A stretch of DNA of 64,000 nucleotides, taken from Plasmodiophora brassicae. Its lineage: Eukaryota. The first letter of the stretch is position 1. Each line of letters opens with the position of its first letter. The notes under the pieces are model-generated. The model was not told where the DNA came from. It did no database searches and saw only the letters and a list, made by a program, of their open reading frames with translations. A program made the translations under genes and the position numbers. The DNA lies in NCBI GenBank assembly GCA_036867785.1, contig CP145422.1:558001-622000 (forward strand), read 5' to 3'. Below, one piece after another: positions 12,610 through 25,629 of the stretch.

Positions 12610-13308
12610 ATGGCAGGCGGGTCGAGCGTGCATGTGTCGACCAGCGACGAGTACAGGGATAGCCGGTATAGCGACGATGACTACAATGACGGTGGGAGCC
12701 AGACCCGCGACAGTGACGCGCGGTACGCACGCATGATCCAGGCGGAATACGATGACGAGACGGACGATGAGTCGGATCGGGAGCATAACAACCCGCGTGG
12801 TCGAGCGATTCGAATGACGCTAACGAAGAGCGCTTTGTTCCTCAACGAGATGTTCCCAGGTGACGAGCCGTTCATCGACGAATTCTTCAATGTGATCGAG
12901 CAGATGGAGCACGGTGAAAAGGAGATCTCGTCCAGCAATGATCATGCGATGCAGCTGGCGGTGCGCCTAGTGGAGAATGTTGAAAGCTTGCTGACGGCGC
13001 CACAACTGCTTGACGGAGCTGATGCGTATGACTCGATCCTGCGAAGGGCATTTGACGGTGCCGTTTTCGACATTTCATCAAGCAGCCCGAAGCCTTCGCC
13101 TGTCAACGACATTGCCCTGCCTGGGTTCCCGACCGTCAAGGCGACCCACATGGCCCTGTGCACCATCTGCCAGTTCAAGTACAACGTGGACGACGATCTC
13201 CACGAATACCCGTGTCAGCATTTATTCCACGTCGAGTGCTCCGACATGTGGATCAGGAACGGCGGACGCAAGTGTCCATCGTGCGTGCAGCCGCTCGCTC
13301 GTTCATAA
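12610..13308 (+). CDS. RING-H2 finger protein (putative E3 ligase)
   Basis: C-terminal CTICQFKY....PCQHLFHVECSDMWI....CPSC; acidic N-terminus. Confidence 0.85.
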   Translation: MAGGSSVHVSTSDEYRDSRYSDDDYNDGGSQTRDSDARYARMIQAEYDDETDDESDREHNNPRGRAIRMTLTKSALFLNEMFPGDEPFIDEFFNVIEQMEHGEKEISSSNDHAMQLAVRLVENVESLLTAPQLLDGADAYDSILRRAFDGAVFDISSSSPKPSPVNDIALPGFPTVKATHMALCTICQFKYNVDDDLHEYPCQHLFHVECSDMWIRNGGRKCPSCVQPLARS

Positions 13309-13416
13309 ACGAGATCCCTGGCTTTCGAAGTTCTAAACCCCAGGCCCCAACCGCATAAGTAAAGCGACTGGCTGATTCAGTGCACACAGCGTTCCTCGCA
13401 TTCCCCGCGCCGTCCG

Positions 13417-13505
13417 AGAATATTCCAAAAATACGAGCGGCCCGTCCCGTGCTGACGTGGCACGGGTCCGCAGTTAACTTTTTGCGCGGCCTGCCACGTT
13501 GGCAG
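13417..13505 (+). promoter_or_regulatory. Putative stress-response elements upstream of BiP (HSE-like and UPRE-like)
   Basis: AGAATATTCC (nGAAnnTTCn) at 13417-13426; TGACGTGG at 13453-13460; palindrome CTGCCACGTTGGCAG at 13491-13505. Confidence 0.4.
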
Positions 13506-13594
13506 ACGGGATGGGTTTGGGCGGTCTGGTTGGTGGTGGGCCAAACCCCCCACGGAGTCCGTCATTTTGATTTCGGTTGGGTGGTGGAGGCACC

Positions 13595-15762
<2,168 letters not shown>

Positions 15763-15913
15763 TTGGGAGCACATCTATACGACCTGCAGCCGCATGAGAG
15801 TTCTCCGACCACTTATTTCATGTTGCTGTCCATCAGACGAAATAAATCCACCGAAAAGCCCATTACCACCAAAGAACAGCGGTTGTGCATACCGGTATGT
15901 ATTAGGGAGAGTG

Positions 15914-18115
15914 CTATGCGATTCTAGAGCTTTCGCTTTTGACCGGGCGGGGCAACCACGTCATGTCGATGTCGTAGGCGTGCCTGGGGAAGCACCAGGC
16001 TCAGACAATAGTCATACGCGGTTGCGTTCAATGATGGAGGACGCACCCGCATTCCATAAGGCGTTTGAAGCTGTCTCGCGAAAGAGGTCCCACCTTTGGC
16101 GTGGATCGCGACTTCCTGAGCCGTTCCGATGCATGCCGACCCAGGTGCTTCGCGGCATCCGAGGGCGACATACCAGCTGGGTGCGCCTTTACTGCGCCAG
16201 CACTTGTGGCGGGACGCTTCTTACGGTACGCACGTCGCTGCCGCTGATGATTGGCCTCCTCTTCCTCGTCATCAGCTTCGAGGGCAGTATCAGTGTCGGT
16301 GTAATCTAGTGTGAGCAAGGGCAGCCGACTTACATTGTTCCGGTTCCGACTTCGCCTGCGTCGCTTTCGGGCGACGAGGGACGGGCGTCGGCCGTGCCTT
16401 CTCGGTGTTGACCTCGGGCATCGTCAGATTAAACTCGCGCATCAGCGTCTGTGGGTTGAATTGCCCCGCCCGTTTGATACGATCGACGCGCGCGGCAAGC
16501 TCCTCCTTCTGCCGACGAGCGTCATACGCGATCTTACGCCTGGAAACACAGCTGAGCACCAAATCCCGATGCAGTGCCGTCGTTCGCATTGTGGTGTACC
16601 GTTCTTCGATCAGATGGGCCTGCTTGAGTTTGAGCGCCTTCGTCACCTCATTCTCCGCTAGGATCTGCTCCTGGATCCGCTTGCACTTGTATTCATGGGC
16701 GCGCTGCTGGCGTATAATCGTTTCAAAGCGCTCCTCACGCTGCATCCGCTCCATCTCTTTACGCCGCTGCGCTTCGCGTTCTCGTTCGTAATGAATCTGC
16801 TCCTGTCGCTGTCGCGCCTTCTGCTCCTGCCCGTCCCTTATCGTTAGAGCCCGTGCCGGACAACATATCACTGACGAACCTTCTCTTCGAACTGGACTTT
16901 CCGTTGCTCGTATTTCTGGATGTTCGCGAGCAGCGTGTCCTTGACCTTCTTCATATGCGCCTGGCTCTCCTCAACGTCCTTCTGAATCTCCTCGGCTCGT
17001 TTCGCTTCGAACCGTGCCCGACGCCGATTCACCTTGGCCGTCTTCTTCTCGAACACCATCTTCTTCATCTCGAGCCGCTCGCGGTCCTTCTCTTTGACCC
17101 GTTCGACGCGCTGACGAAGCGCCTCGGCGGCTGCTCGATGCACGGCCGCCTGCTCTTCGCGTTTCGCGTTCAGCAGCGCGAGGCGCTCGTCCTCACGTTT
17201 CTGGATCTCCATCTCGCGCTCACGAGCGGCTGCCTCGTGCTCTTCCTGTCGCCCCTCGTCAGCAACATCGCAGCGTACGAGTGCGATGCAGTACGTGCCT
17301 GCATTCGCATGAGCTCCTCTTCGTGCTCCTTTTGCCGCTGGATCCGCTCCATCTCCTTCTGGACGGCCAGAGCTTTGCGGCGCTTCGCTTCGGCGATCTC
17401 TTTCTCCTTCTGCCTCTGGGCCTCCGCAAACATCTCCTGGGCCAGCAACTCTGTTCGCGAATGAGACCCAGCAAGAGCGACTTCCCAGTGGACATGACAA
17501 CCTTGCCGACGAAGCTCCTCGAGCTCCTGTTGATACTTGGCCTCCTCTGCATTGCATTCGCGCTCAGAGAAGGTTGCCCAGAGCTGAACCCATCCGACGC
17601 GAACCTTTGGCTTTACGTTGTCGGTCCCATTCCCTAGCCCGCTCCATCTTCTCGCGCAGGCGCTGCTGCTCGAGCTCGTGCTCCTTGGCCATCTTCTGCT
17701 CATTGGCCAGACGGGTCGCCTGCATCTTGATCTCGTACTCGAGGAACTGCTGGAACTCGGCCTTCTGCGCCTCCTCCATCTTCTTCAGGCGCGCCTGCTC
17801 GCGGGCCACGATGGCCTCCGATCGGTTGCGCTCCTCGGAATCGCTCTTGACGCCCGCCGTCTTCAGGGCCGCCCGCATCTTCTCCTTGCGCTCCTCCTCG
17901 ACGACGTGGTCGCGCTCCGCCTTGATCTCGCCGATCAACGTCTGGCACTTCCTGTCGTACACGTCCTTGCGCTGCTGCTGGAACTCGGGCAGCAGGTTGT
18001 CGGCGGCGAAACTGGCCAGCGTTCGCGGGCGAATGTCGTCGGGCAGGACGCCCAGGCGAAGCATGGCCTCGTGGGTGCGCGGCGAATCGACATTAATGCT
18101 GGGCGCGCCCGACAT
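15914..18115 (-). CDS. Long charged coiled-coil protein, multi-exon
   Basis: Starts MSGAPSINVDSPRTHEAMLRLGVLPDDI; E/K/R/Q-rich exons separated by ~55-nt introns; 3' end approximate. Confidence 0.7.
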
Positions 18116-18290
18116 CGCCACGTATGGTGGGCCCAGACCGCTGTTTAACAACGACGCGGGTCTGGCATGGCACGCGCCCCTGGACCGGGTAGGATCTGGG
18201 TGGCCGTACTCAATCGGGTTGAACGATGCCGACGGGTGACGCCCCCCGCTCTGGGTTTTAGTGTGCATGATGATTAGAGATGGGCCCGCG

Positions 18291-19706
18291 CTAGTCGCCA
18301 CAGATGACGCCATGCTGCGACGTGATGACCACGTCCCGTTGGATGGTACCGTCGTCGTTGAACATGGCCGGCGGGGCCACGACACCCAGGTGCAGGATGC
18401 GGTCGCCCTGGACGTTCGCCGGGTTCGTCGACTTGCCGATGACGACGCCGTCTTCCGGGGCCACGTACTTTCGAATGACGAACCCGAAGATGTCCACCAC
18501 GGAGGCCAGGAACTGGCCCCTGACGACCAGTTCGGCACAACGTGGGACGACGTCGAGGACGCCGCCGACATCGGTCTGCATCCAGTACGAGTGGCTGCAG
18601 ATGACCGTTGGCGGCCTGGTCTCATCCAGGGCTCGGAACTCGGGCACCTCGACCACGCCGATGTCGTCCAGGACCCTGGCGATCCCGGCGTACGTCATCC
18701 CGATCAGCGTCCGGTTGAAGCTGGTGGAGTCGCCGATCTCGATCGTGACGCTGTCGATGCCACGGGCCGTTGCCGCTCCCCGAAGAGTCCCGCCGCCGCC
18801 ATCACCACCTGTGCCGACCTGCGACACACCATTTGACCGGATACGCACGTGACAAATGCCCCTGGCGTCACGTACGTTGTGAACAATGATTTGCGGTTGC
18901 ACGAGACGGGCCAATCGCGCGACGCTGGGCAATCGCATGTCGGCGCGAACGTACTACGCAGGAGGGCGGGGATCAGCGCGCAGCGGGCACGCTAGACGAC
19001 GCAGACTGACGAATGAGTTGTGCCGACCGAACGATGCGGTGTGCAGGTCGATGAGGACGTTGCAGTTGGCCAGCACGCGCTCGAACAGGTTCTTGCAGTA
19101 CTGGTGGCTTCTCGTGGCGGTCCCCACGCCTTTCTCGGCCTTGAACGCACTCGCGAAGCACCGGTTCAGGTCGGACCCGTCCTGTCGCTCACGGTCAGCC
19201 TGCGGCCCATTGATGACAGCCGGGTGGCACACCTGATAGAACCGGGTCGCGTTCTCGAACCCGAACTGATTGCAGCAGGGAACGGCGACGACGGCGCCCT
19301 TGAGGTTGCAGATGTGCGGTGCCAGATCGTGGAAGATCTTCTGGATCGTTGGGATCCCTGACACTTCGTTCCCGTGGATGGCCGCCGTCAGCCCGACGAC
19401 CTTCCCGGGGGCGGGTCCCTTCGCCAGCATGACGGGGACGCACACCGGCGACCCGAACGCGTCCGACACGATGTGGACCCACATGACGCTGATCTGGCCG
19501 GCCGGCCAGTCGTCAATGTTCAGCGACGTGACGGTCGGGATCGTCGTGACCGGCTTCGACGAGAAATAATAGATGATCTCGCGGATGCTCTGACGGCGCG
19601 CCATCACCGGGATCCGATCCGCCAGCGTCGGCCCCGTCCCCATCGGGTGCGTCACGTTGTCGTCCGTCGCCTCGCCGTCCGGCTCGAAGTCGGCGTCGGT
19701 GCCCAT
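18291..19706 (-). CDS. Succinylglutamate desuccinylase/aspartoacylase family (M14-like zinc hydrolase), multi-exon
   Basis: LTAAIHGNEVSG, DLNRCF, IDLHTAS, VTIEIG, C-terminal APEDGVVIGKSTNP...GDRILHLG. Confidence 0.88.
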
Positions 19707-19819
19707 GTCCGACGAACGCCCTCAGAGTGACACTGTCACCCCTTCCCCCCAAAATAGACAAATGGTAACTGGTCACGCAGCACGCTTCCTGCCTGGCTGT
19801 GTGCACTGCTTCTGTACCT

Positions 19820-19864
19820 CCCTCCCCCCCCCCCCCCGCCCCCCCCCCCCCCCCCCCCCCCCCC
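19820..19864. repeat. Poly-C/G tract (~45 nt)
   Basis: Almost pure C run upstream of the desuccinylase-family gene. Confidence 0.9.
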
Positions 19865-19956
19865 TGACCACCAAGCCCCACGGTTGGGAGTAACAGCTGC
19901 GAAGTCGAGATCATTCCAGAACGTGGCGACTGTCCGTCAGAGGTCAGGGGGCGAAT

Positions 19957-20190
19957 ATGGAAGTAGCGGAGGGCCAGGTGCATCGCGTGGCGAGGAGGCT
20001 GGCCCGGATCGTGCGCAGGCGCCTGGACGAGCTGGACTCGCACACGTGCTGGGATCGCGAATTGCGATACGCCGCTGATAGCCTGAGGCGATTGGAGACC
20101 GTTCTGCACCGGTACGTTCTGGACGAGGGGCGAGCTAGCGAACCGCAGAACGACGACGCCCGTCGCGACTATCGTAATCGGTTGCTGTAG
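19957..20190 (+). CDS. Possible small hypothetical protein
   Basis: 77-aa ATG ORF in otherwise intergenic space. Confidence 0.3.
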   Translation: MEVAEGQVHRVARRLARIVRRRLDELDSHTCWDRELRYAADSLRRLETVLHRYVLDEGRASEPQNDDARRDYRNRLL

Positions 20191-20215
20191 TGGAACCATC
20201 TGGCTGTATTAACTG

Positions 20216-20905
20216 TTATGCGTGCAGGCGATTGAGAGTTTGACCAGCAACAAGGGCATTTAAGTAGAGAGCCATGAGCGCGATGAACGTGCAGACCACT
20301 GCACGAACTAGCTCGTCGCTCGGAAATACTGTTTTAACCAACAAAGCTGCCTCGAGAATTGCCAAGGAGAAGCCAATGAATCCAACGGCACATGCGCATA
20401 GGCGTAGAGTGGGCGACCCCGCTAGGATCGCGGGAACGTAGACGACGAGCAGCGTGGCCTGTGCTACTAGTAGATAACTCGCCCAAGGCGCCAAGCGGAC
20501 ATCCACTTGATACATCGCAATTGTTATCCCCATGGCAACCAGCAACGTGATGATGAGCGCAACCATCGCCGTGACAGCGTGCACCGTAACGACCAGTAAC
20601 GCGGCTGGGGTTGACAACGCTACGGTCACCGCAAGGAGCAGAACGACTGGCTTCTCCTTGCGCCATCTACAGAACGTCGTTAGCCATAACGCTCCGACAG
20701 CAATGGCTAACGAAGGGACGACAGCCGCGATTATCCATACGGTAGACGACTTGGGAATATCAGGCATTTGGCTTATGTAGACGAAGACAGAGGCTTCAAT
20801 AGCAAAGAAGAGAAGCTGGAACCAGGCGGTAGTGTACACAGAACGTAAAAAGCGCTCCCGGTTCTCGACCATAGTGCTGACTGCATTGAGCTGGCCATCT
20901 AACAT
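20216..20905 (-). CDS. Bax inhibitor-1/TMBIM-like polytopic membrane protein
   Basis: RERFLRSVYTTAWFQL resembles the RxxFxxKVYxxLxxQL family start; 6-7 hydrophobic helices. Confidence 0.6.
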   Translation of the reverse strand: MLDGQLNAVSTMVENRERFLRSVYTTAWFQLLFFAIEASVFVYISQMPDIPKSSTVWIIAAVVPSLAIAVGALWLTTFCRWRKEKPVVLLLAVTVALSTPAALLVVTVHAVTAMVALIITLLVAMGITIAMYQVDVRLAPWASYLLVAQATLLVVYVPAILAGSPTLRLCACAVGFIGFSLAILEAALLVKTVFPSDELVRAVVCTFIALMALYLNALVAGQTLNRLHA

Positions 20906-21174
20906 TGCGGACTCGGAGAACAGAAATGTTGCGAAACGGTTTTCAGTTACCGGGGACAGCAGAGTGCGCCCTGTCGTAAGTCAAAGAAAATTTTATCAAA
21001 GTCCATAGCGCACAAGACACGAGGTCTGGACAGCACAGAGTACCGGTGTGGGCTAACACAGCCAGCAGGTAACTTGACGGCAGTGGCATCTAAAAAGGGG
21101 CTTTACGGTTAAGCCGTCCTGCGAGCCAGCCCTCGCGGACTCCGCCACGGACTCCGCGAACCATCAAAGTTGCA

Positions 21175-22504
21175 ATGCCTGGCCCTATCAGTGATGTTGC
21201 GACAACCTGCAATGTCAAGTTCTTCACGAACCTTCCTGAAAAGGTGCCCGATCAAACGCTGGCGGTCCCTAGTACATTGACCACTGAGGGTTTCAGGGAG
21301 CTCGTCAACCATGTACTCAACCAAGGTTCAACTGTTGCCTGCACTGTTCGCTAATGACTGATCATTTTGTTCTATAGACCCACCTGTTGCCTACGACTTC
21401 CTCATCAACTCGGAATATCTGGAGACGTCTCTGTCACAGTATATCGAATCGCATGGCCTGACCGCTGAATCGGTGATCAACGTTGAGTACGTCCTCTCGT
21501 TTCCTGCACCGGAAGAAGGGCCTACTGTTAACCATCCGGACTGGATTGCCTGTGTGCGCACGAGCCAGGACGGGGCGATCATGACGGGCTGCTACGACAA
21601 CGTCATTCGCGTCTGGTCCCGCAGCAACTTATCGGCATCGGTTTGCCAAGGCACTGGCCACACGGCACCTGTCAAAACGATTGCCGCCATGTCGAACGAC
21701 CGCATCATTTCGGGATCCAAAGACCGCTCTCTTCGTCTCTGGAAGCGTCAGGAGAATGACTCGTCGTTGGCTCCTATTGCTGTTGGTCTCGGACACACTG
21801 ATGCCGTTGAGTCGGTGGCCACTTGCCCAGATGGGTCGTCTCGATGGGCATCGGGCGGGTGGGATGCTTGCATTCGGCTGTGGCTTCTGAAGGAAGACGA
21901 CACGGATGCACAGCGACCTGTGAAGAAGCCCAGGAAGGCCAAGGGCGGTAAAGATCGCAAGCAAACGTCCCGTGACTTGCTGCAGATGGAATCGGTCTGC
22001 TGCATATCGGATCAGCACACGCAGACGGTCACGTCTCTATGCTGGCCGCACCCGACAGCGTTGTATTCAACATCATGGGACCGTACGATGATGCAATGGG
22101 ACGCGTCGCAGGGCAGCCACGTCCGCACATGGAACATTCCTGATGCGGCGTCGTGCATGGCGTTCAACGACACGAGCAACTTGATCGCCGTCGGCCATTC
22201 TGACCGTGTCGTCCGTTTGTACGACCCTCGTGCCGCGTCCGAGACAACGGTCAAGACGACCCTGCGAGGGCACAGCCTGTGGGTTGTTGGAGTTGCCTGG
22301 CGTCCACAGGATCCATACCATGTCGTGTCGTGCAGCCACGACAGGACCCTGCGGATCTGGGACGTTCGGGCAACATCACCTCTGCACACGCTGCGAGCGG
22401 AAAGCGACGCCGAAGGCGGCAAGACGCTCGCTGTCGACTGGAGCGCCGACGGCCTGATCGCCTGTGGTGGGACAGATGGTCAGCTGCGACTGCACAATGC
22501 ATGA
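21175..22504 (+). CDS. WDR12: Ribosome biogenesis WD40 protein WDR12/Ytm1, 2 exons
   Basis: NLE domain VKFFT...LVNHVL | YDFLINSEYLETSL....ESVINVEY, then HPDWI and WD repeats. Confidence 0.9.
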
Positions 22505-22527
22505 TTCCCGAATACAGTTTACCTCGT

Positions 22528-25284
22528 CTATCTGGAACGACAGGCGGGACAGTCCCTGTTGTACCCCGGCCCGCTTTTAGCGATCTTGCCTGGCGGTTCC
22601 AGGACCGGACGGCCATTCGCGTCGGAGGCGAACAGGTGCCCACAGGAGGACACATGAAACCGGTTCGCGTGCGGTATACTGGCGCGATCAACAACAACGG
22701 GCGGATCGAACACAGACATGAGGGACGTGTCGCGGACGAGCGTCGCGACCATGGAGCTGAACAGCTCGTCCGGGTCGCTGTGCGGCACGTTCCTCATGGC
22801 CTCCAGCAGCAGCGTGGTCGTCACCCATGGTGCCGATTCGCACACTGGATTTAGGATCAGCGGGGCGATCTTGCTGATGAACGGGCGCAGATAGTCCTCG
22901 AACGACGAAGCCGATCGCGACAGCCACACCTGTTGGGCAAGCAACAGAAAGTGACACTTGTCACTGGCGGACGGGATCTTGTCGAGCTCGCTGAGAAGGA
23001 CGTTGACAAACATGTCGTCGTCCATGCCTTCTGCGTTTCGAAGACGATTCAGAGCAGCTTCAAGAGGGACGCCCTCAGCTTCTTGAAGAATCGCCGCGCC
23101 GACCCGCGCCGAAGGTTGCTGCTTCAGGCAGAGCGAGATCAGCCGGCGCGAATTGTATCGAGGCTGCCATTGACGAAGTTGCTCCACGAAGCGATCCGGG
23201 CCCAAGGACGGGTCGACCAAGGCGCCAGGGAACTCGAACAGTCGGATGCACGTTAGAATTCGGATATCCATGGCGGCCGACGAGCATGTTTCAGGCGATG
23301 GAAGCGACTGAAGCAGACGGACCAGTAAGGTGGGTGACGATATCTGAAACGGAAGTTCAGCCAGATTGGTCCAGGCGGTGTCGGACAGGTCTGCCGCTGC
23401 CACAGCGGCGCACAGGATATCCACCTGACGTTCTGGAGGGATGCCAGCGAGGATCGCAGGACGCACCATGATGTTAGCAGCGTACCCGTGCTGAAGGAAG
23501 AAGTCGATCTCCTTCTCCGAGACCGGGCTCCTGACTTCACACATGTCCAGGTAATCGTCAACAAGATTGTTGAGATGGCAGAACTTCAAGACGACGCCGA
23601 GATCCGCTGTGGTCAGCAGAGTTGTCAGCGCATGCCTCAGATTCAGGTGGGGCGACCGTCGAACAAATTCAAACAGAGGTTCGGGGTCGGCTCCATCGCC
23701 CGCCCCAGCGTAGGCGTATAACAGGCACAGGAACTGGCAGTGGCTGAGTTCACAGCGATGCTTGTCGGAAATACTTGCAGACCGCGTTTCAAGGAACTGG
23801 TCGATGATAGCGACGATGTCGTGGTCGCGCGAGGCGCGCCGACATATGCTCACCAGCTTGGGGAATTTGGCATTCGACAGGCAGTAGAAGTGGAACGCGG
23901 TTGTGAAGTCGCCAATCGCGGATAGGATGCGGTCGGCGACGAACTCAAAGAACTCTTCGACGGGTATCGAGAACGCCACAGCCAGAAGGGCGATTTGCGG
24001 AAGCGGTGGAGGAGTAGGCGACGTGGACACGTTGGCGATCAAGTCGACGATACCGCACTCGTTAATGGCTGGGAACACTTTCCAGACGGTGCTGCTGGAC
24101 CAGGTTAGGACTCGGGGATGCTCGCGTTGCAACCATGTCACAGGGTGCGTTTCCGGCGAACTAATCACAGTGAACTTGCACGGCGTGTCGAGCTTGACCG
24201 TCTGCATGATGCTCAACTCGATATTAAATTCAAGGCTCGCAATAGGAGGAGGTTCGAAGTCGACATCCGACAGCGGTAACGACACGATCTGAATCTAAAC
24301 AGAACGTTGAGTTTGTACGAGATAGGAAGGGCGCGTCACTGTGGCGAGACTGACTCGATCGGAAGAAATGCACATGACGAAGGATTTGTAGACATAGAAC
24401 GAGTCCGCTTTTGGTACGATGTGAGACGACATGGGTTGTCCTTTGAGAGACAAAGGCAGAATGTCAAGGGTTCCCCGAGCCTCCGTGTAGACTGAGAAGA
24501 CGTCTCCTCCGAGTTTGGGGACATGCTGGAGCTCGATAAGCGCTCCAGACTGGAATCGATGGATCGGGGACACCAGAATGCCGCCCTGGATGGAGTGCTC
24601 TAGCTCGACCCAGTGATACGCCCCAGACGGCTCGCGTATCAGCAACCGTTCAGGCCGGTTCACGTCCGTTCCGTCTTTAACCGGTTGTATTGACGATATG
24701 GGCACCTGCGCAGCGACCGTTTAACAGCATTGCAACGAATGGCCACAGAAGCTCACATTAATCATGACGGAATCTTGGGACGCCGTATCGATGTTGATGA
24801 AGCAGAGATTATGGGCTCGCGTCGGCATGACGATGAAATCCTCGTCATGCGATTTGCGCCACCATGTCGCCAAGCTGAATCGGCACTCGTCTTTAACGTG
24901 AATTTCGCGACGGAAAGTGGTCGACCCGCGAATCAGGTTGCGAACCGACATAATCCGAATTTGACGATCCGATGTGGACATCAGGGCGAACCGACTACCA
25001 CATGGGGAGAACTGAATCGTGTTGCACGCGGCTGGCAATGGGAAATTTCGGATAAGCGCTCGAGCACGAGCTGGCTGGAAATGCATCCACAGCTCCATGC
25101 CGGCGGAAACGAGGACAATTGTGCCGTCGCCGTACCGATGGGCAGCGACAGCGGACGGTCGGACACCATCCGCGCTGAAGAACGCCTTGAGTTCGAACAG
25201 GGACACGCCCGATTCACGCGGCATCGTCGTCGACCATCGATCGACGCTGCCATGTTCACCGGAGTCTGTTTGGGAAACCACCAT
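22528..25284 (-). CDS. Large uncharacterised protein (beta-rich N-terminus, helical middle, C-terminal Cys/His motif), multi-exon
   Basis: Three long same-strand ORFs separated by intron-sized gaps; ends SCGHLF...CPAC; start uncertain. Confidence 0.65.
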
Positions 25285-25629
25285 TGTGACGAACGAAGTT
25301 GCGTGCGCGGTTTCGAAGGTCGCCTCAGTCTGCCCCGGCTTGAGGGCGCGTCGTCCCGCCGGCAAACAGTAGGTAGACAAATAAAACGACGGCTACCGCC
25401 TACCCGTCCCGCGTGGCGGAGTTGTCGTCCGGGTCCGGTCAGTCCGAGTTGGCCGGGGCGGACCGCGGCAGCAGTGCACTCGACACGGAATCAGCCGATC
25501 CGACCATTTGAGTCTATTTTTTGTTTTTGGTACAGAGTGCCCCCCAGCTGACCGTTCGACGACTGATCGAGCCATACCAGTGCGTAATTGAACTGAGCAA
25601 CTACACCAAGGTTTATTATTCTTGATAGT

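Noticed and set aside
18275-18284. TAGAGATGGG identical to the hAT terminus at 48571-48580
   Set aside because: Isolated 10-mer 30 kb away, with no subterminal repeats or matching TSD; probably chance
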